Below are positions 60,082 through 64,000 of a stretch of DNA of 64,000 nucleotides, one piece after another; position 1 is the first letter of the stretch, and the number at the start of each line of letters is the position of its first letter. The notes under the pieces were generated by a model. That model made no database searches, was not told the DNA's origin, and saw only the letters and a program-made list of their open reading frames with translations. The translations under genes were made by a program, and so were the position numbers. The stretch is taken from assembly GCA_965217585.1 (NCBI GenBank), contig OZ244561.1, positions 2,720,001 to 2,784,000 of the forward strand. The letters are read 5' to 3'. Source of the DNA: Candidatus Latescibacterota bacterium (GTDB lineage: Bacteria; Latescibacterota; UBA2968; UBA8231).

Positions 60082-60894
60082 ATGACCGACCGACCGGCTA
60101 TCGAAATTTACTCTATCGGCACAGAGCTTTTAAACGGACAGATCCAAGACACCAACTCTTTCTGGATGGCGCAGCAGATCGCGGCGCTCGGCGGCTATGT
60201 GCGTCGGATCGCGATCCTCGACGACGATATGGACGAGTTGACCGGCGTGCTCAAAGACGCCTGCCGGCGCGGAACCCGGGTGGTGATCACCACTGGGGGA
60301 CTCGGGCCGACGCCCGACGACATGACGGTCGAAGCCATCGCCAAGATCATGGGGGTGGGCACGGAAGTCGATGAAACCTTGGTCAAGCGCTATATGGAAA
60401 GCCGTGGTATCGAAAAGCGCGCTGACGTCAGCGAAGGCCTGGTCAAGATGGCGACCAAACCGGAAAGCTCCACGGCCCATCCCAACCCGGCGGGCGTGGC
60501 TCCCTGCGTGGAGTCGCAGGTCGGCGAGACCACGATTTACAGCCTACCGGGTCCGCCGCGTGAGGTTGAAGCGCTGTTTCGCCAGTCGGTAGAGGATGCC
60601 TTGGCCGGGATATACGACGATGTGCGGCTTGCGTTGCGGGTCGTCGTCAACCTACCCGAATCGCAGTGCGGCCCGATCCTGCACAGCGTAATGAGCCAGT
60701 GTCCCAATACCTACCTCAAGGCCTTCGTCGCGTTGAGCGAGCGCACTGCCGATGGTCAGCGGTTGCCGGTGGATATCGTCGTTTGGGGCAAGGAGGCCGA
60801 GGAGGCGCAGGCCCTGCTCGACAAGGCGTTGGCGGAGTTTAAGGTTCAGGCGTTTGAGAAGGGTAGCGAGGTCGAAATCCGCGACGAGCAGTAG
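60082..60894 (+). CDS. CinA-like molybdopterin-binding-domain protein (no PncC domain)
   Basis: IGTELL.G...[21 protein letters not shown]. Confidence 0.85.
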   Translation: MTDRPAIEIYSIGTELLNGQIQDTNSFWMAQQIAALGGYVRRIAILDDDMDELTGVLKDACRRGTRVVITTGGLGPTPDDMTVEAIAKIMGVGTEVDETLVKRYMESRGIEKRADVSEGLVKMATKPESSTAHPNPAGVAPCVESQVGETTIYSLPGPPREVEALFRQSVEDALAGIYDDVRLALRVVVNLPESQCGPILHSVMSQCPNTYLKAFVALSERTADGQRLPVDIVVWGKEAEEAQALLDKALAEFKVQAFEKGSEVEIRDEQ

Positions 60895-62612
60895 GTCCGC
60901 GAAGTAGCAACAGCCCGCTCGTCCTTTGATAATCCATAGATCTGGAATACAGCCGCGTTGCAGGCGGCAATGTCGCGGCTATTCGCTGCCTCCCCCAGAG
61001 CACTTTTGAGCTTTTCGTCCACGTCTTGCCAGTAAGGCAGTCGGATACGGCGCAGATATTGCGCCTGAAATCGCAAGTAGCCGCCACGCATCCGAGTCGA
61101 ATAGACCGACACAAACAGGCGGGCGATACCCGATAGCAGCACGGCTTGCAGCGCGTACAAATCCCATTCATCACTCGTGATAAAGTAGAGATTGTGGTGC
61201 GGGTAAAGCTTGCCGCATTCATAGACGATATGGGCTTGGCCCTTGATATCAGGGATTAGCAACTTCGGCTTACTGGCGAGGGCTGGATAGATGCGATCAA
61301 TCGTGCGATACCAGTTAGCAGGTGATTTCTTTGCGACATGCCGTTTTGCTATCTGGTCCTTGCGGGCTTCCAGATAGGTTTTGAGTTTGGGGAATTTTGC
61401 TAGATCAACAAGCCCCCCTTCATCGGCAAACGGATTGACGACGCCAAGGCCGCGCCATTTGACGGTGCCTGTGATAATATCGCGGGTCATCGCCAGTGGT
61501 AGTTTGCGATCCGGCTCTACATCCAGCTCGTCATAGGGACCGATAAAGGCTTGATCGGCACCGGTAGCGACACCGACGCCGATCTTACACCCTACCTCTT
61601 CGATTAGCGGAAAATCTCGCTCCAGTCGCCGGACAAGGGCAAGTTGGTCGGACGACTCCAATATCCAGGGTTCGGCTCCTGCCGCAACGCCGGTCATTTC
61701 CTTGACCCCACTCTCTGAGGCGGGCTTTTCTTTGGATAGCAGGGTCTTGCTTAAAGCCTTGAGCGTTGCCGGCTTAATCTCGGGACGGTGCGCGACGCGA
61801 GTTTTGCCCGGCTTTTCATTAGCAATAATAGTAATAGCTGGATAGGCAATAACATCTGTATGGAAGGCCGGTGTATCGACCATATCGACATACATTTTCA
61901 GATGAAATTTATCAGCAGTCAGTTTACGTAGCGGTCCTCCATAACGGTTTTTCATCCAGCGATCAGCGCAGATAAATCCAAGCGTACCGCCCGACTCCAG
62001 CAGGTTAAGTGAGCGCTCGATAAACGGGATATAGAGGTCTGCGCGGTCAAATACGGTCGTATAGCGCGTGCGGTATTCGGCAAGAAGCGCAGCGGGAATC
62101 AGCTCTTGCCGCACATAAGGTGGATTGCCAACCACGCAGTCAAACGCAAACGGCAGCGGCGTGAGAAGAAAATCGCCCTTGATGAGCCAGGTATCGGCAA
62201 GAGTGGTGGCTGGCTTTGTCTCAAGCCCTTCTGCCTTGAGCATGGCGATGACCTTCTCGCGCGTTGCCTGAAAAGTATCGTCATGCAATTCGACGGCCCT
62301 AATGGCATTGGCCAGCATTTCTTTCGGATCGGCGTTGCTCTTTCGCTTGCTCCACGCCTTGAGCAAGCGCTCGATCGCGATAAGAAGAAAATCGCCACCG
62401 CCAAAAGAAGGCTCCAGCAGGCGAATTTCATGCAAAGGTCGGTCTGTGGTATAGTTGACAAGGTCGAGGATGAACTCGACGACCTCGCGCTTTGTAAAGA
62501 TTGCGCCGCGTTCCTCGATTCCGGCTTGCGCCAGTTTGGTCAGCGCATCCTCGACCGGGCACATGCCGGGGAAGGAGGCTTGAGTTACTTGTTGTAGTGC
62601 GCTCTGCACCAT
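60846..62612 (-). CDS. N6-adenine DNA methyltransferase, PaeR7I/XhoI-like (gamma class), with an altered C-terminus
   Basis: [11 protein letters not shown] (motif I), VVGNPPY (motif IV), [20 protein letters not shown]; lower GC than the flanks. Confidence 0.88.
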   Translation of the reverse strand: MVQSALQQVTQASFPGMCPVEDALTKLAQAGIEERGAIFTKREVVEFILDLVNYTTDRPLHEIRLLEPSFGGGDFLLIAIERLLKAWSKRKSNADPKEMLANAIRAVELHDDTFQATREKVIAMLKAEGLETKPATTLADTWLIKGDFLLTPLPFAFDCVVGNPPYVRQELIPAALLAEYRTRYTTVFDRADLYIPFIERSLNLLESGGTLGFICADRWMKNRYGGPLRKLTADKFHLKMYVDMVDTPAFHTDVIAYPAITIIANEKPGKTRVAHRPEIKPATLKALSKTLLSKEKPASESGVKEMTGVAAGAEPWILESSDQLALVRRLERDFPLIEEVGCKIGVGVATGADQAFIGPYDELDVEPDRKLPLAMTRDIITGTVKWRGLGVVNPFADEGGLVDLAKFPKLKTYLEARKDQIAKRHVAKKSPANWYRTIDRIYPALASKPKLLIPDIKGQAHIVYECGKLYPHHNLYFITSDEWDLYALQAVLLSGIARLFVSVYSTRMRGGYLRFQAQYLRRIRLPYWQDVDEKLKSALGEAANSRDIAACNAAVFQIYGLSKDERAVATSRTYCSSRISTSLPFSNA

Positions 62613-62875
62613 GGCCCCGCTCGTTTTCTCAGTTCGCGTGTTTGACTATCTGTTTATGATATTCGATAAACTCGCGCAAGGAGCGTGGAATAAGATAGGA
62701 GGCCGTCACATCGCTGTGCTGGCCCATAAGGTCAAAACGATTATTGGGTACTAAAAATATTATCGTTGGTGAGTCAACCGGTTTTAGAAGCCTTTTTAAA
62801 TTCCGCTGCTCTACCTCAAGTAGCTCAGAGCAGCGTAGAATCGCGCTAATCCTTCGACGCCTCAAAGAGAAAATC

Positions 62876-62912
62876 AGAAGCGCCCGATGGCTCGTCGGCA
62901 TCGGGCGCTTCT
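62876..62912 (-). terminator. GC-rich hairpin, probable intrinsic terminator
   Basis: agaagcgcccgatg-N9-catcgggcgcttct just downstream of the minus-strand isomerase gene. Confidence 0.7.
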
Positions 62913-62946
62913 TTGTGCGCATCTTAGAGGGTCTTAGGATCAGCCC

Positions 62947-63774
62947 TCAGCTCGATGCTCGCCGCGCCGTGTTTAGCACGTCGTAGCAAAACTGCGCCGT
63001 GCTCCAGGCGTCGTAGCCAGTTGCGTTCCATATCTGGCCGGTGACCTCCGGGCAGAGGTACTGGTCCCAGCCGGCGTCTTGCAGGGCCTTGTAGTAAGCC
63101 TTCATGTCTAGCTTGCCGCTGCCGGGCAGGAGATAGCGGACCCGCCCCTCCTCGTCGAGATAGCCGTCCTTGATGTGATTGTGGACCGAGTACTGAAGAT
63201 TCAGGTCAATCGAGTGCTGCAAGTCGATGCCCTCGACCCAGAAGTGGCTGTAGTCGAAGTTGAGGCCGAGGTTTGGGTGGTTGGTTTGCTGCATGAGCCA
63301 AGCGGCCTTTTCCGGCGTCTCAAAGTCGTCGCCAGCATGCGGCTCGATGGCGACGATGACGTCGTATTCGGCGGCCATGTCGCCCAGTTCGAGTACCAGC
63401 TCGACGATGCGCTCTTTGCCCGTCTCCCAGGCGGGTTTGGAGCCGAGGGTGGTGCTGACGACCATTGGGCGGTCGTCGAGCCGAAGTGCGCGGCTCAGTT
63501 CAAAGGTCGCTCTGAACTGCGCCAGCGCGGCTGCGCGTCCCTCGCCTTCGACGCAGGGCGAGAGCAGGGCCATTAGCGCCGGCGTGGGGAAGCCGAGCTG
63601 GCGGAGGAGGTCGGCGAGTCTTTTGCGTGCGGCCGCGTCCATGTTGGCCGGCTCGGTCGGCCAGCCAGGGGTGACGGCGATTTCCATGCCCTCGTAGCCC
63701 ATGTCGGCGAGGCGCGGCAGGGCCTCGAAGACGTCGAGTTGCTTCATGCCATAGGTGCTGTAGTAGAGTTTCAC
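62947..63774 (-). CDS. Sugar phosphate isomerase/epimerase (TIM barrel)
   Basis: GTG start overlapping the upstream TGA; IEPH, NFDYSH, HIKD, PGSG..D, EV. Confidence 0.85.
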   Translation of the reverse strand: MKLYYSTYGMKQLDVFEALPRLADMGYEGMEIAVTPGWPTEPANMDAAARKRLADLLRQLGFPTPALMALLSPCVEGEGRAAALAQFRATFELSRALRLDDRPMVVSTTLGSKPAWETGKERIVELVLELGDMAAEYDVIVAIEPHAGDDFETPEKAAWLMQQTNHPNLGLNFDYSHFWVEGIDLQHSIDLNLQYSVHNHIKDGYLDEEGRVRYLLPGSGKLDMKAYYKALQDAGWDQYLCPEVTGQIWNATGYDAWSTAQFCYDVLNTARRASS

Positions 63775-64000
63775 GCGGTGACGACCTCCTGTTGTGCGCC
63801 CATGCGCTCGCGCTCGGCGATGAGCAAGTTGATCCAGTGTTTCACGTAGTGCCCGTGGTCGTGCCAAGTGCGGCCGCTGATGAGATTGCCATCGACGACG
63901 CAGGGCGCGTCTACAAAGGTGCCGCCGCAGACCTCTAGGTCGAATTGGCACTTGGGCACGGTGGCCATGCGCCGCCCTTTGACGCAACCGGCGCGAGCGG
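63771..64000 (-). CDS. DJ-1/PfpI family protein, C-terminal part (runs off the window)
   Basis: 'GCVKGRRMAT...GG.FVDAPCVVDGNLISGRTWHD'. Confidence 0.8.
   Translation of the reverse strand, partial: ARAGCVKGRRMATVPKCQFDLEVCGGTFVDAPCVVDGNLISGRTWHDHGHYVKHWINLLIAERERMGAQQEVVTA

Noticed and set aside
62629-62922. 97-aa ORF as a controller protein or endonuclease of the RM system
   Set aside because: No HTH or PD-(D/E)xK motif, and its 5' part runs through a terminator hairpin; at most a gene-end remnant.
63775-63987. N-terminal extension of the isomerase ORF in the supplied track
   Set aside because: It overlaps the DJ-1/PfpI gene in another frame; the GTG at 63774 coupled to its TGA is the better start.

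Overview
GC-rich bacterial DNA. The gene content (three PhyH dioxygenases, sulfatases, aldo-keto reductases, TIM-barrel sugar isomerases, a BNR sialidase-like protein, a C-terminal 'TAVxxxTWGxLK' motif) suggests a Latescibacterota/Poribacteria-like organism; this is inference. The window opens in a lower-GC, translationally coupled six-gene operon (1-6859): two dynamin-like proteins, a probable pseudo-GTPase, a membrane-anchored coiled-coil protein and two unknown helical proteins, a candidate new membrane-remodelling or defence system. It is bordered by a 116-bp duplicate of a cyclase gene 3' end and a decayed toxin-antitoxin remnant. Next come a Hen1-Pnkp RNA repair operon, nfuA, a hybrid two-component system, an in-frame glycogenin-like GT8 + RRM fusion with an internal RBS, and a ~3.1-kb tandem duplication of a TPR + sorbosone-dehydrogenase-like gene. 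A sigma-54 locus (35.9-44.8 kb) holds a beta-propeller enhancer-binding protein, two -24/-12 promoters each with upstream tandem repeats, a Cys-containing/Cys-less TlpA pair, a stand-alone copy of the activator HTH and a FitAB-like TA pair. The right part holds catabolic and housekeeping genes (uxuA-like, psd, hemF, GPx, CinA-like) and an orphan PaeR7I/XhoI-like methyltransferase. I saw no rRNA, tRNA, CRISPR array, integrase or transposase. All calls come from reading motifs by eye; no searches were run.
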